Counted from the first letter of the stretch, positions 10,076-20,571 are shown. The stretch is DNA of 64,000 nt from Dehalococcoidia bacterium (GCA_965262725.1 OZ253555.1:2752001-2816000); one strand, 5' to 3'. The notes: a model not told the origin generated them from the letters alone. Numbers and translations: made by a program.

Positions 10076-10887
10076 TTGTCATCTCCTGCCATCACGGCCA
10101 CCGGGGTGGCCTCCTCGCCGAACTCTTGGAGAATGGGGTCGTAGCCGTCTGCCTCGATGCGCTTGGCGAGCGAGGCATCGCCCGAGCGGACGATACGGCC
10201 GCCGAGCAGCACGTGCACGAAGTCCGGCGTGACGTAGTTCAGGATCCGCTCGTAGTGGGTGATGATGAGGACGCCGATCTCCGGCGTGCGCAGGGCATTG
10301 ATCCCCTCCGCCACCGTCCGCAGTGCGTCGACATCGAGGCCCGAGTCGGTCTCGTCGAGGATGGCGAGCGTCGGCTTGAGCATGCCCAGCTGGAGGATCT
10401 CGGCGCGCTTCTTCTCGCCGCCGGAGAAGCCGTCGTTCACGTAGCGCCGCGCGAAGGACTCGTCCATTTTGAGCGTGGCCAGCATCTCGCGCAGCTCCGC
10501 CAGGAACTCGCGCGCCGACGGCTCGGCGCCGCGGCGCGCCTTCATGGAGGCCCGAAGCAGGTTGACCATGGTCACGCCGGGGATCACTGTCGGGTACTGG
10601 AAAGAGAGGAAGAGCCCGCGGCGGGCGCGCTCGTCGGCCGAGAGTTTCGTAATGTCCGCGCCGTGGAAGAAGACGCGCCCCTCGTCCACGACGTAAGCCG
10701 GGCTGCCGGCGATGGCGTTGGCGAGCGTGCTCTTGCCGGATCCGTTCGGTCCCATCAGCGCATGCACTTCGCCAGCGCGCACGGCGAGTTCGACGCCCCG
10801 CACGATCTGCAACTCCGGCCGACCGGCGATGCTGACCCTCAGTCCCCGAACGTCCAGGATCGGCGACTCCGTCGCTCGCTCGCTCAT
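10072..10887 (-). CDS. sufC: Fe-S cluster assembly ATPase SufC
   Basis: [30 protein letters not shown]. Confidence 0.97.
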   Translation of the reverse strand: MSERATESPILDVRGLRVSIAGRPELQIVRGVELAVRAGEVHALMGPNGSGKSTLANAIAGSPAYVVDEGRVFFHGADITKLSADERARRGLFLSFQYPTVIPGVTMVNLLRASMKARRGAEPSAREFLAELREMLATLKMDESFARRYVNDGFSGGEKKRAEILQLGMLKPTLAILDETDSGLDVDALRTVAEGINALRTPEIGVLIITHYERILNYVTPDFVHVLLGGRIVRSGDASLAKRIEADGYDPILQEFGEEATPVAVMAGDDK

Positions 10888-10942
10888 CGTGGCTCTCGAC
10901 CTCCTCCGCGCCGGCCGGCGCCGGTTCCCATCCCGTTCACCC

Positions 10943-11623
10943 TCACGCGATCACGCGCCGGGCGGTGCCCGGCGTCTCCCCGAGCGCACCCTTTGCCACC
11001 ACGTACTCGCAGACCGAGGCGCCCTGCGCCACGGTGCTTACCTGCTCGACCGGTGCGTCGAGCAACAGCTCGATGGTGCGGCGATCGGCCTCGCAGGCGG
11101 CGTGCGTCTCCGCCGCCGCGGACCGGTAGGGGCAGCTCAGGTTTCGCAGGCGGAAGAGCCCGTCCTCCTCCGCGGCGTCGTGGAGTATCCCCTCCTCGCA
11201 CAGTGTCGCGGTGACCTCCCGTACGCGCTCGCCAAGCTCCCTGGCGGTGACGCGCGGGCGGTGCTCCTGCGCCACCTCCTCCGCCACCCGGTGGAAGACG
11301 CGGTCCAGCACCGCGGATCCGTCGGAGCCGGCGATCTCGGCCGCCTCCAGGCCGGCAAGCGCCGGGTAGATCCGCTCCAGGAGCCGCGAGTAGCTCGGTG
11401 CGCCGGAGCGCTCCTCGCCTTCCCTCGAGAGCGAGTAGCGGGTGACCGGCCGACCCCGGGGCTGGCGCTCGAACTCCGCGCCGAGCAGGCCGTCGGCGAG
11501 CAGGATGTCGACGTGGCGGCGCACGGAGCCGACCGAGAGACCGAGTGCCTTCGCGAGGTCGCCGGCGGAGCGCCGGGGGTGCTCCGCGAGCAGGCGCACG
11601 ATGGTGTCACGGGTGGTTTCCAT
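10943..11623 (-). CDS. sufR: SufR-type Fe-S-sensing wHTH regulator
   Basis: VRRHVDIL…GRP wHTH; C-terminal CPY…AC…VC three-Cys pattern; first gene of the suf operon. Start ATG 11623 (an upstream start at 11689 is possible). Confidence 0.85.
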   Translation of the reverse strand: METTRDTIVRLLAEHPRRSAGDLAKALGLSVGSVRRHVDILLADGLLGAEFERQPRGRPVTRYSLSREGEERSGAPSYSRLLERIYPALAGLEAAEIAGSDGSAVLDRVFHRVAEEVAQEHRPRVTARELGERVREVTATLCEEGILHDAAEEDGLFRLRNLSCPYRSAAAETHAACEADRRTIELLLDAPVEQVSTVAQGASVCEYVVAKGALGETPGTARRVIA

Positions 11624-11697
11624 CTGCTCGGCGTCACCTCCGGAACGGATGCGCGGAACGGTTGCGGGCCCCGCAACCGCGACGCCCACTTGGTTCC

Positions 11698-11758
11698 ATT
11701 ATCCGGCACCGCTCGGCAATGTCAATGAAACTTACATTTTTACGTATATAATTGCCGA
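11698..11758 (-). promoter_or_regulatory. suf promoter and candidate SufR operator
   Basis: Minus-strand TTGACA (11725-11720), 16 nt, GATAAT (11703-11698); inverted repeat TCGGCAAT (11713-20)/ATTGCCGA (11751-58) flanks an AT-rich 30-nt spacer. Confidence 0.6.
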
Positions 11759-11872
11759 AATTACCGCGGAGCGCCCTCCCGCGCCAACTCCCGCCGTCTC
11801 CGGGCACGGGAGCCGATCGCGAGCGCGCTCTCCGAGTGCACGGCTCGGCATCGTTCGCTAGCATCGCCCCGC

Positions 11873-12709
11873 GTGAACGCTGCCTCCCTCCCCTACACCC
11901 TCGAGCTACTGCTCGCCGAGCTTGCCGTCGGCACGCTCGCGGCGGTCACGCTCTTCGACGCGCGCCGATCCGTCACCGCCGGATACGTGAAGACCGGAGC
12001 CGTCATGGTGAGCGCGCTCGCGGCGCTCGCCCTCTGGGTCGCGTTCGCGGGTATCGCCCCCGACGGCGAGATCGAGGGCTACGCCCTGAGCCCCGGATGG
12101 CTTACTCCCTTCCGGGCGGCGCTCGGCGCCTTCGCGGCGCTTTCGGCCCTCAACGCCTGCGCGAGCCTCACCGAGCGACGCCGCGCATCGCTGTGGACAG
12201 GGACACTCGGATCGATCATCGGGGCGGGCGCCCTCGCCGCCTTCGCCGCGGTGGTGGCACCGCCGGCGTGGTCCTACCCCGGCGTCGTCGCGAGCACGCT
12301 CGCCTCGGCCGCCGCGCTCGGCGGAGCGCTCGCGGCGATGACGTGGGGCCACTGGTACCTGACGAATTCCGGCCTACCGAAACGACCCCTCGAGGAGATG
12401 TCTCTGCTCCTGCTTGCAGCGCTCGGGGCGCAGCTCGCGCTCGTCGTCGTGGCGCTCGTGGCTCCTGTGCGCGCCGTGCCGTTCACCGACTCGGCCTTCG
12501 GCCTCGAGCTCGAAGCAAACCCCGCGCTCTGGCTGCGGGTCGCCGTCGGCGTGATCTTCCCCGGCCTCCTCGCATCGCTCGCGTGGCGGGCCGCCGCCAT
12601 CCGCGGAATGATGTCGGCGACCGGACTGCTCTACATCGCCTTGGGCGCAGTGCTTGCCGGCGCGGTGCTGGCGCGCGGCCTTCTCTTCTCGACCGGGGCG
12701 GCGGTCTAG
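11873..12709 (+). CDS. Multi-pass membrane protein with a WGHWYL motif, function unknown
   Basis: About 8 hydrophobic segments; WGHWYL and SATGLLY motifs; divergent from the suf operon. Confidence 0.7.
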   Translation: MNAASLPYTLELLLAELAVGTLAAVTLFDARRSVTAGYVKTGAVMVSALAALALWVAFAGIAPDGEIEGYALSPGWLTPFRAALGAFAALSALNACASLTERRRASLWTGTLGSIIGAGALAAFAAVVAPPAWSYPGVVASTLASAAALGGALAAMTWGHWYLTNSGLPKRPLEEMSLLLLAALGAQLALVVVALVAPVRAVPFTDSAFGLELEANPALWLRVAVGVIFPGLLASLAWRAAAIRGMMSATGLLYIALGAVLAGAVLARGLLFSTGAAV

Positions 12710-12713
12710 CAAG

Positions 12714-13871
12714 GTGCACCCGACGCCAGGGCCCGCTGCGGCGAGGCGCGAGGGGCGCGTCGGCCGCCCGCGGCGACTGACGCGCCCCTGCATCCCAATC
12801 CCCGCTCTCCGCGCCGCTGCCGTCTCCGGCCTCGTGCTCCTCATCGCGGCCTGCGGCTCGGGCGGAGCGGTGGAGATCGCGCTGCTCGCGCCGACGCCCA
12901 CCCCCGCCCCGACGGTGGCCGCCACGCCGACCCCTACGCTCGTGCCGGAGCCGCGCGCGGTGACGATCGGGCTCGTCGGTGACCTCATGTTCGCGCGCGA
13001 CGTGGTCACACTCATGCAACGGCACGGCAACGGCTATCCGTTCGAGCGCGTGATGCCCCTCTTCGCGGATGTCGACCTGCTCATCGGCAACCTCGAAGGC
13101 ACCTTCACCGCCCGCGGCCAGCGCCTGAACAAGTACTACACGTTCCGCGCGCCGCCCGAGCTCGCCGCCGGGTTGCGCGATGCCGGCTTCGACGCCGTTT
13201 CCCTCGCCAACAACCACGCGCTCGACTTCGGTCCCATCAGCCTCGACGACACGCGCCAGGCCCTCGATGCGGTCGGCGTGAGCTACTTCGGCGCCGGCGA
13301 GGATGCGGCCACGGCGGCCAGGCCGCTCATTCTCGAGGCTGGCGGCCTGCGGCTCGCGGTGCTCGGATTCAGCGCCGTGCGCTCATCGGTCTTCGCCGGG
13401 ATCTCCGAGCCCGGCGTCGCGCGGGCGAGCGTCGAGGCGGTCGAGGCCGCCGTCGCGGCGGCCGAGCGCGAGGCCGACTTCGTGGTCGTGGTTTTTCACT
13501 TCGGCCGCGAGTACGACCCGCTCCCGACCGCCGAGCAGCGTGCGCTCGCCCACGCCGCCGCCGACTCGGGGGCCGTGCTCGTCGCCGGTCACCACGCGCA
13601 CACCCTCCAGCCATGGGAGCGCCGCGGAGAGGCCCTCATCATCTACGGCCTCGGCAACTTCGTCTTCGACCTCGATCGCGACGACCTCCGGACGCTCGGC
13701 GAGGGGCCGTTTGCGACCACGGTCGCCGTCGTCCACCTCTCAGACGGCGGGCCGCCGCGCGTCGACTTCCGCCCCGCCTACATCGACCCCGACGAGAACC
13801 GGCCCCGCCTCGCCTCCGAGAGCGAGGCCACGCGCATCCGCACAGCGCTGCGCGAGATGAACACCGAGTAG
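12714..13871 (+). CDS. CapA (PGA_cap) family metallophosphoesterase lipoprotein
   Basis: GDLM, GNLE, SLANNHALDFG, FHFG, GHHAH, YGLGNFVF; IAAC lipobox followed by a PT-rich linker; start uncertain. Confidence 0.88.
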   Translation: MHPTPGPAAARREGRVGRPRRLTRPCIPIPALRAAAVSGLVLLIAACGSGGAVEIALLAPTPTPAPTVAATPTPTLVPEPRAVTIGLVGDLMFARDVVTLMQRHGNGYPFERVMPLFADVDLLIGNLEGTFTARGQRLNKYYTFRAPPELAAGLRDAGFDAVSLANNHALDFGPISLDDTRQALDAVGVSYFGAGEDAATAARPLILEAGGLRLAVLGFSAVRSSVFAGISEPGVARASVEAVEAAVAAAEREADFVVVVFHFGREYDPLPTAEQRALAHAAADSGAVLVAGHHAHTLQPWERRGEALIIYGLGNFVFDLDRDDLRTLGEGPFATTVAVVHLSDGGPPRVDFRPAYIDPDENRPRLASESEATRIRTALREMNTE

Positions 13872-13891
13872 CGGGCCGACCGCTCCGCGTC

Positions 13892-14560
13892 TCAGTCCGC
13901 GTACCCCCCGGCCGCCCGCCATGGTGCCCAGCCCGCGAGGAGGCCCACCCCGGCGACGGTGAGCCAGAGGAGAAAGGCGATGCCGCTGACCCGGTGCACG
14001 GCGGTCGCAGCGTCGATCCAGATGAACTGCATCGCGATGCCGACGGCGCCCGTGGCCACGGCGAGCAGGAGCAGCGCCGCCGGCCACCGCCTCTGCCCGG
14101 CCGCGATCGCGATGAGCGCCAGTCCCGCCGCCGCGAAGCCGGCCGCGCCCGTCAGCCACCGCACGCCGTCCACGCGCCCGGCCCAGTGGGCGAGCGCATC
14201 GCTGCTCGCCGGATCGACCCCGGCGAAGGCTGCGCCGAGAACCACCGCACAGGCTCCAGACAGGGCCGTGAGCAGCCCCGACAGCGCAAACACCGCCGGC
14301 ACCGTGCGGCCCGGCGCCACCACGGCGCGCCCCAGGAACCACGCAGCGAGGAGAAGCGTGAATCCGGACGCGAAGCGAGTCGCGCCGGCCGCCAGGTAGG
14401 GCCACCTGTTCTCCGCTACCGCGGCAAGGGAGGCGGCGAGCGTCGGCTCGTCGGCGGAGGCGGCGACCCGAAAGACCACGGAGATCGCGGTGAAGAGAGC
14501 CGTGGCCACAAAGAGCGCCGCTGCGGCCGTGAGACCCGGAAGCACCATGAGTCGCCGCAT
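13892..14560 (-). CDS. Membrane protein (DUF4386-like)
   Basis: About 6 hydrophobic helices; family assignment tentative; start uncertain. Confidence 0.55.
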   Translation of the reverse strand: MRRLMVLPGLTAAAALFVATALFTAISVVFRVAASADEPTLAASLAAVAENRWPYLAAGATRFASGFTLLLAAWFLGRAVVAPGRTVPAVFALSGLLTALSGACAVVLGAAFAGVDPASSDALAHWAGRVDGVRWLTGAAGFAAAGLALIAIAAGQRRWPAALLLLAVATGAVGIAMQFIWIDAATAVHRVSGIAFLLWLTVAGVGLLAGWAPWRAAGGYAD

Positions 14561-14701
14561 CGAGGGCTCATCGAGCCATCCGACCTGGTGCACGGTCACC
14601 TCCGCCGGGGGGGAGGGGGACCCGCTCCCCCTCGCTGACGGGGAGGGCGGGCGTTGACGGGGTAGCCTATCATCGACCGCCATCCCGATCGGAGGCTGCC
14701 G

Positions 14702-15433
14702 ATGACGGGACGGCCCGATCCCCGCCCTGTGTCCCCCGAGCCGCCGATCCTGACCACGGTGGGCACGGCCGCGCCCGAAACGGCTCCCGGAGACGGCCGG
14801 GAGCAGGCGCCGCGCGGGGGCAAGGGCCCCAGCGACGAGGCTCTCATGTTCGGCCTCGTGAGCCGCGATGTCGGGGCGCTTGAGACGCTCTACGACCGCT
14901 ACTCCACGCTCGTCTACTCGGTGGCCCTGCGCGTCCTCGCCGATCGCGGCCTCGCGGAGGACATCGTGCAGGAGGTGTTCCTGCAGCTCTGGCGCCGGCC
15001 CAATTCCTACGACGCCGCTCACGGGCGCTTCGTTGCCTGGCTCGCGTCGGTGGCGAGGAATCGCTCGATCGATGAGCTGAGGCGCCGGTCACGGCGGATG
15101 CGGATCGAGGAACCGGGCGAGGACACATCGGAGCAGATCCCCACCCAGGACCGGACGGCGGACCCCCAGCAGGAGGCCGTGCTCGGGGAGGAGCGCGCGG
15201 CGGTGCGGGCGGCGATGGACGCGCTGCCGCCCGAGCAGCGCCGCGTGCTGCAACTCGCCTACTTCGGGGGACTGACGCAGGTGGAGATCGCCCGCTACAC
15301 CGGGTACCCCCTGGGAACCGTGAAGACCCGCGTGCGCCTGGGGATGCAGAAGCTTCGTCTCCTGCTCTCCGACACGTGGAAGATGCGCGAGGGCGACTAC
15401 GAGCCCGCCCGCGCGGGGAGGGGGCGATCGTGA
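14702..15433 (+). CDS. ECF sigma-70 factor, SigK-like
   Basis: AEDIVQEVFLQLW, ARNRSIDELR, LAYFGGLTQVEIA, PLGTVKTRVRLGM. Confidence 0.92.
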   Translation: MTGRPDPRPVSPEPPILTTVGTAAPETAPGDGREQAPRGGKGPSDEALMFGLVSRDVGALETLYDRYSTLVYSVALRVLADRGLAEDIVQEVFLQLWRRPNSYDAAHGRFVAWLASVARNRSIDELRRRSRRMRIEEPGEDTSEQIPTQDRTADPQQEAVLGEERAAVRAAMDALPPEQRRVLQLAYFGGLTQVEIARYTGYPLGTVKTRVRLGMQKLRLLLSDTWKMREGDYEPARAGRGRS

Positions 15434-16272
15434 CGCCGGAGGAGCGCCAGGAACTGCTGGCGGGCTATGCCCTCGGCTCGCTGAGCGAGCCGGACGCGCG
15501 CGCGTCGGAGCGGCTCGTCCGCTCCGACGCCAATGCCGCGACCGAGCTCGCCTCCTACCACGAGATCGTCGACCTGATCGCGCTCTCCACACCGCTGCGC
15601 CGCGCCGATCCGACCCTGCGCACCCGGGTCCTGCGCGCCGCACGGGGCGACGCCCGGGGCGAGCGGATCTGGCCGCGTGCCAGGCGGCGCATGGCCGCCT
15701 CGGCGGGGTGGGCGGCGGCCGTCGCCGCCGTCGTGGCCGCCGCCGTGTGGATCAGCGATCTGCAGAGCGACATCGACCAGCTGCGTGAGGAGTCGGCCTC
15801 ACTCACCGTCGTCCTCCAGGCGACCGCCAAACAGGTCGCCACGCTCTCCGCCGTGAACGCAGGGTCCGCGACGTCGCGAACGAGCGCCGTCCAGCTCCAG
15901 CAGGAGCTCGTGCAAACGATCACCGAGATCAGCAACGATCCCGATGCCAACACCACCGTGCTCACGTCGGAGGCGGCCGGCGCGGCGGCGAGCGGACACT
16001 ACCTCTACAGCGAGAGTGCCGAGGCGGGTCTGCTCATCGTCTCCGGCCTGCCGCCTCTCCCGCTCGGCACGGTCTACCAGGTCTGGCTGGAGGACTCACT
16101 GCGCGCCGTGTCGGGGGGCGTCTTCACGGCCGACGCGAACGGCGACGCGACGGTGCTCGTCGAGACCGAGGCGCAGCTGCTGCCCCGGAGCATCTCCGTC
16201 CGGGTCGCGCAGGAAGGCGGCGACGTGACGCCGGAGGGCCTGCTAATCCTGAGTGGCGAGATCGCGCCCTAG
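15430..16272 (+). CDS. Anti-sigma factor, RskA family
   Basis: LLAGYALGSL N-terminus, one TM helix, C-terminal LPPLP…VYQVW; GTGA overlap with the sigma gene. Confidence 0.85.
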   Translation: MTPEERQELLAGYALGSLSEPDARASERLVRSDANAATELASYHEIVDLIALSTPLRRADPTLRTRVLRAARGDARGERIWPRARRRMAASAGWAAAVAAVVAAAVWISDLQSDIDQLREESASLTVVLQATAKQVATLSAVNAGSATSRTSAVQLQQELVQTITEISNDPDANTTVLTSEAAGAAASGHYLYSESAEAGLLIVSGLPPLPLGTVYQVWLEDSLRAVSGGVFTADANGDATVLVETEAQLLPRSISVRVAQEGGDVTPEGLLILSGEIAP

Positions 16273-16321
16273 AGACCCGATGCCGGCCCGGCCGGGGAGG
16301 CGTGGTCGCGCGCGGCCACGC

Positions 16322-17524
16322 CTAGGACCCTGGCTCCTCCGCCGGCGCGACGCCGGCACCGGCCGCCTGCGGGGCGGCGGGTTCCCCGGCGTCGGGCGGC
16401 TCCGACTCGCCCGCACGCAGCAACCGGCGCCCGATGCTCGTTCGGCGCAGCGCCTCCTCCGGCGTCGCGCCGGTGAGGCGGTGATCGACGTACCAGAAGA
16501 GCTCGCGCAGGATGGCGCTGAGCGGGACGACGACGATCAGCCCGATGAAGCCGAAGACCGAGCCACCCACGACCAGGAGCAAGATGATCATCGCCGGATG
16601 CAGGTCGAGCGCATAGCCGTGCACGCGCGGCACGAGCAGGTTGTTCTCGAGTTGCTGCACGGCGACGTAGAGCAGCACCACCCAGGGGAGGAGCTCCGGC
16701 TCCGTCGCGGCGACGATGACGACCGCCGGGACGGCGCCCAGCCATGGCCCGATGATCGGGATCAGCTCCGTCACGCCCGCGAAGAGAGCCAGGGCGAGCG
16801 AGAGTTCGACGCCCATCAGCGTCAGCCCGAGGCCGACCGCGACCCCGACCACGACGCCGAGCACGATCTGCCCGCGAATGTAGCGTCCGATCAGCCGGTC
16901 CACCATCAGCAGCACGTTCGAGGAGTCCGTCTGCGCGCGAGCGGGAATCGACTGCAGGAAATTCTGGGCCGCGAAGTGCCGGTCGCGCAGCACGTAGAAC
17001 ATCCAGAACGGGATCGCGAGGAAGCCGATCAGGAGACCCAACGTTCCGGTCAGCCACGTGATCGAACCGCGGACGGTCGCGGCGATGCCGCTCGCGAAGG
17101 AGTCGGTCCACTCCTCCGCGTAGCCGCCGATGCGCTCCTGCGCGGCGGGAGGCACCCGGGAGTGGTACTCGCGCAACAGATCGTTGAGCTCGTTCCGTGC
17201 CCCGGTGATGAGCTCGGGAAGCTCGTCGACGAAGCGCGCGATCTGATCGGCCGCCACGGGCACCAGCGCGAAACTGAGACCGAAGAACATAAGGCCGATC
17301 ACGACGTAGAGGACGAGCACCGCGACGCCGCGGCGCAAGACATCCCCGCGGTGGCTCCTCACCGTAACCAGCGAGGCCAGCCGATCGACCACGGGCGTGA
17401 GCATGTAGACGGCGATCCCGCCGAGGGCGAAGGGGAGCAGCGCAAACCGCGCCTGCCACGCGATGTACGCGGCAACGACCAGCACCACCACCCTGAGCAC
17501 CACGCGTGCTCGCCAGAGCGTCAC
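16322..17524 (-). CDS. AI-2E (PerM) family transporter
   Basis: YIRGQ, ELIPIIGP, QQLENNLLVPRV, LHPAMI motifs; start GTG 17524 or 17530. Confidence 0.9.
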   Translation of the reverse strand: MTLWRARVVLRVVVLVVAAYIAWQARFALLPFALGGIAVYMLTPVVDRLASLVTVRSHRGDVLRRGVAVLVLYVVIGLMFFGLSFALVPVAADQIARFVDELPELITGARNELNDLLREYHSRVPPAAQERIGGYAEEWTDSFASGIAATVRGSITWLTGTLGLLIGFLAIPFWMFYVLRDRHFAAQNFLQSIPARAQTDSSNVLLMVDRLIGRYIRGQIVLGVVVGVAVGLGLTLMGVELSLALALFAGVTELIPIIGPWLGAVPAVVIVAATEPELLPWVVLLYVAVQQLENNLLVPRVHGYALDLHPAMIILLLVVGGSVFGFIGLIVVVPLSAILRELFWYVDHRLTGATPEEALRRTSIGRRLLRAGESEPPDAGEPAAPQAAGAGVAPAEEPGS

Positions 17525-17632
17525 GGGCACATTGTGACGGCTGGCCCCGTCGATTGACAGGGAGCCGAAACCGCTATCAGCATCGAGGACGGAACCGGCC
17601 GGCGTCGGCCCAGAGTTCGAGAGGTCACCGCG

Positions 17633-18136
17633 ATGGGCCACACGCGGGAGGAGCGATGGCTCGCTAAGAGCCTGCTCGGCGCGGGTCATCGGGTCACTGG
17701 CCCCCGGCAGCAGTTGCTCGCCGCCGTGGCGGGACTCGGCGACCAGTTCACCGCGGAAGAGCTCGCCGCCGCCGCGCCCGGCGTCGGCCGGGCAACCGTC
17801 TTCCGCACGCTCCGCCTGTTGCTGGATCTCGGTGTGGTTTGCCAGGTCGTGCTCGACGACGGCGCGGTGCACTACCGGCTGACAAGCGGCGGACATCACC
17901 ACCACATCTCCTGCTCCGAATGCGGCGCCGTGATCGACTTCGCCTCCTGCGACATCGATGACCTGCTCGGTGAGCTCTCGCGGCGCACCGGCTATGCGAT
18001 CGAGGCGCACCGCCTGGAGGTCTACGGGCGTTGCGCGGCGTGCCGCGACCGGTCGGGGGAGGAGAAGCGCGCCGCCCCTGCGTCCGCTGAGGCGCCCGGT
18101 ACTTCCGCGTACGCGGTGGCTGCTCCACGCTCGTAG
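17633..18136 (+). CDS. Fur family transcriptional regulator (Fur/Zur-like)
   Basis: RVTGPR, GRATVFRTL, HHHHISCSECG, YGRCAAC; TTGACA at 17554-59 upstream. Confidence 0.92.
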   Translation: MGHTREERWLAKSLLGAGHRVTGPRQQLLAAVAGLGDQFTAEELAAAAPGVGRATVFRTLRLLLDLGVVCQVVLDDGAVHYRLTSGGHHHHISCSECGAVIDFASCDIDDLLGELSRRTGYAIEAHRLEVYGRCAACRDRSGEEKRAAPASAEAPGTSAYAVAAPRS

Positions 18137-18220
18137 GGTGATGCTGGCGCCTCCGGCGGCCCGCTCATCGGGGTCGGAGGCCGGGCACACCCAGCCGCCG
18201 CCCCGGGACGGAGCGAGCGC

Positions 18221-19717
18221 ATGACCGACGATGCAGACGCCGCGCCGACCGCCGAGCGCCCCGCTGCCGCCTCGACGGGCGATCGCTCCAAGGTCGATCG
18301 CAAGGCTCGTCTCCGTATCCCGGCGCAGTTCCCCGAGAAGCAGTCGGCCGGCGAGCGCGTGGGAAACTGGGATGAGGTCTACGCCCTCTTCGACCCCGAC
18401 TTCGCCGTCAGGGAGGCGGAACGGTGCATCCAGTGCCCCGCCGCGCCCTGCCAGAAGGCGTGCCCCGTCGGAAACGACATCCCGGGGGCGCTCTGGCTGC
18501 TGGAGCAGGGGGACATCGACGGCGCCGCCAACATCTTCCGGGAGACCAGCGAGCTCCCCGAGATGTGCGGGCGGCTCTGCCCGCAGGAGCGGCTTTGCGA
18601 GGGGCACTGCGTCGTCGGCAAGAAGGCGGCGCCCGTCGCGATCGGGAAGCTTGAGACCTTTGCCACCGAGCGCCAGCGCACGCACGGCACGCCGCCGACT
18701 CCGGAACGGGCGCCCGTCAACGGGCTGAGCGTCGCCGTCGTGGGGACGGGGCCCGCCGGGATCGCCTGTGCCGAACGGCTGGCGCGGCGTGGCTACCGCG
18801 TCGTCATGTTCGACGCCTGGCCGGAGCCCGGCGGGATCCTGCTCTACGGCATCCCCAACTTCAAGCAGAACAAGCCCGCCGTCGAGCGCAAGTTCCGCGA
18901 GCTTGAGGAGCTGGGCATCGAGGTGATCACCGGCACGCACATCGGACGCGACATCCCCTTCGAGCGGCTGGCGAGCGACTTCGATGCGGTCTTCCTCGCG
19001 ACAGGAGCACCGCTCGGTGCGCCCCTCGGGGTCCCGAACGAGGAGGCCCCGGGCGTATTCGAGGCGACCGAGTTCCTCGTACGGGCGAACCTGCCAGCGG
19101 AGCAGCTGCCCGGGGCGCTGCGCGAGCCCCTGCCCCCCGTCCGGCACGCGATCGTGGTCGGGGGCGGCGACACCTCAATGGACTGCGTGCGCTCCGCCGT
19201 ACGCCTCGGCGCCGAGCGCGTGACGCTGGTCTACCGCCGCACGGAGGCGGAGATGCAGGGACGCGCGGAGGAGAGGCAGCACGCGAACGAGGAGGGTGTC
19301 ATGACGCGCTACCTCACCAGACCTCTCGCCGTGCTCACCGACGAGAGCGGGCACGCCAGCGGCCTGCGCTGCCAGCGGATGACGCTCGGCGAGCCCGACG
19401 ACACCGGCCGCGCGCGCCCGGAGCCGGTCACGGGCTCGGAGTTCGACCTCGAGGCCGACGCAATCGTGATCGCGATCGGCTACAACGTCGACCCGGTCTG
19501 GGGCGAAGAGGCCGAGCGAGTCGACCGCGACCGCTGGGATCGCTTCGTCGTCGACCCGGAGACGATGCGCACCAGCCGCCCCGGCATCTTCGCCGGCGGC
19601 GACAACGTGAACGGCGCCGACCTCGTGGTCACGGCCCTCGGCCACGGCCACCTGGCGGCCGACGGTATCCACGACTACCTGACCGGGACGGGCGGGCGGC
19701 GCTCACCGACCGACTGA
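18221..19717 (+). CDS. GltD/NfnB/PreT-like NAD(P)H-dependent Fe-S flavoprotein, stand-alone
   Basis: RCIQCPAAPCQKACP, CGRLCPQERLCEGHC, GTGPAG, GGGDTSMD, YRRT, FAGGD. Confidence 0.88.
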   Translation: MTDDADAAPTAERPAAASTGDRSKVDRKARLRIPAQFPEKQSAGERVGNWDEVYALFDPDFAVREAERCIQCPAAPCQKACPVGNDIPGALWLLEQGDIDGAANIFRETSELPEMCGRLCPQERLCEGHCVVGKKAAPVAIGKLETFATERQRTHGTPPTPERAPVNGLSVAVVGTGPAGIACAERLARRGYRVVMFDAWPEPGGILLYGIPNFKQNKPAVERKFRELEELGIEVITGTHIGRDIPFERLASDFDAVFLATGAPLGAPLGVPNEEAPGVFEATEFLVRANLPAEQLPGALREPLPPVRHAIVVGGGDTSMDCVRSAVRLGAERVTLVYRRTEAEMQGRAEERQHANEEGVMTRYLTRPLAVLTDESGHASGLRCQRMTLGEPDDTGRARPEPVTGSEFDLEADAIVIAIGYNVDPVWGEEAERVDRDRWDRFVVDPETMRTSRPGIFAGGDNVNGADLVVTALGHGHLAADGIHDYLTGTGGRRSPTD

Positions 19718-19750
19718 GCCGCGTGCAGCCGCCCGGGGGGAGATGACCCC

Positions 19751-20173
19751 GTGTCCGAGAAGCGTGACTTTTTCGCCCTCGAGCGCGGAGACGTGCTCGG
19801 TCCCTACGAGGCCCGGATCGACCACGCCGATGCCCGCACCTATCTCGATGCGACGGCCGCCGCCGAGACGGCGGGCTCGCCGGAGAGCTGGCTCCCCCCG
19901 CTTCAGCTCGGTGCGCTGCTCGTGGGGACGCTGATCGACGCCATCGAGATTCCGCCGGGGCTGCTCCACACCGGACAGACCTTCGAGTTCCTGCGTCCCG
20001 TCCCGCCGGGAACGGTACTCACGGCCGAGCTCACGGTCGCGCAGATCGCCGAGCGGCGCGGCCTTCGGCTCGGCGCCGTCGACCTCGAGCTTCGCGACGC
20101 CGACGGCCCCTGCGCGGTCGGGCGCGCGAGCGTGCTTGCGCCGCTTCCGGCCGCGGGCGGCGAAGCATCATGA
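19751..20173 (+). CDS. MaoC-like hotdog protein, probably the non-catalytic subunit
   Basis: LPP…GLLHTGQTFEFLRPV pattern; no D-x4-H hydratase motif. Confidence 0.7.
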   Translation: MSEKRDFFALERGDVLGPYEARIDHADARTYLDATAAAETAGSPESWLPPLQLGALLVGTLIDAIEIPPGLLHTGQTFEFLRPVPPGTVLTAELTVAQIAERRGLRLGAVDLELRDADGPCAVGRASVLAPLPAAGGEAS

Positions 20174-20571
20174 ACGTCGAGACTTCCGACGGGACACCGC
20201 CGGTCGCGACGGTGACGCAGCGGATCGACCAGACTCTGGTCGACCGCTATGCAGCCGCCGCGAGTGACCCGAACCCGATCCATCGCGACACCGTCGAGGC
20301 GCGGGAGGGGCCCTACGGCCGCCCGATCGCGCACGGGATGCTCGTGCTCGCGCTGGTGTCGCAGATGATGACGGAGGCCTTCGGCGAACGGTGGGCCGCC
20401 ACCGGCGCGCTGTCCGTGCGGTGGCGCGCTCCCGCGATCCCGCCCGTCGACGTGACCGCGACGGCGACGCCGGCCGCCCACGGAGACGGGCGGCTCCGCT
20501 ACGCCGTGCGCTGCACGACCGCGGACGGCGACCTGCTCCTCGACGGCAGCGCCTCGCTCCGGCTCGCGTGA
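20170..20571 (+). CDS. MaoC family dehydratase, catalytic subunit
   Basis: YAAAASDPNPIHRD and PIAHGM hydratase-2 motifs; ATGA overlap with the upstream gene. Confidence 0.85.
   Translation: MNVETSDGTPPVATVTQRIDQTLVDRYAAAASDPNPIHRDTVEAREGPYGRPIAHGMLVLALVSQMMTEAFGERWAATGALSVRWRAPAIPPVDVTATATPAAHGDGRLRYAVRCTTADGDLLLDGSASLRLA

Noticed and set aside
12890-12945. Short tandem repeats in the CapA gene
   Set aside because: Ordinary Pro/Thr-rich lipoprotein linker (PTPTPAPT).
14570-14705. SigK-type CCATCC promoter elements upstream of the ECF sigma gene
   Set aside because: No convincing -10 element at the correct spacing before the start codon.
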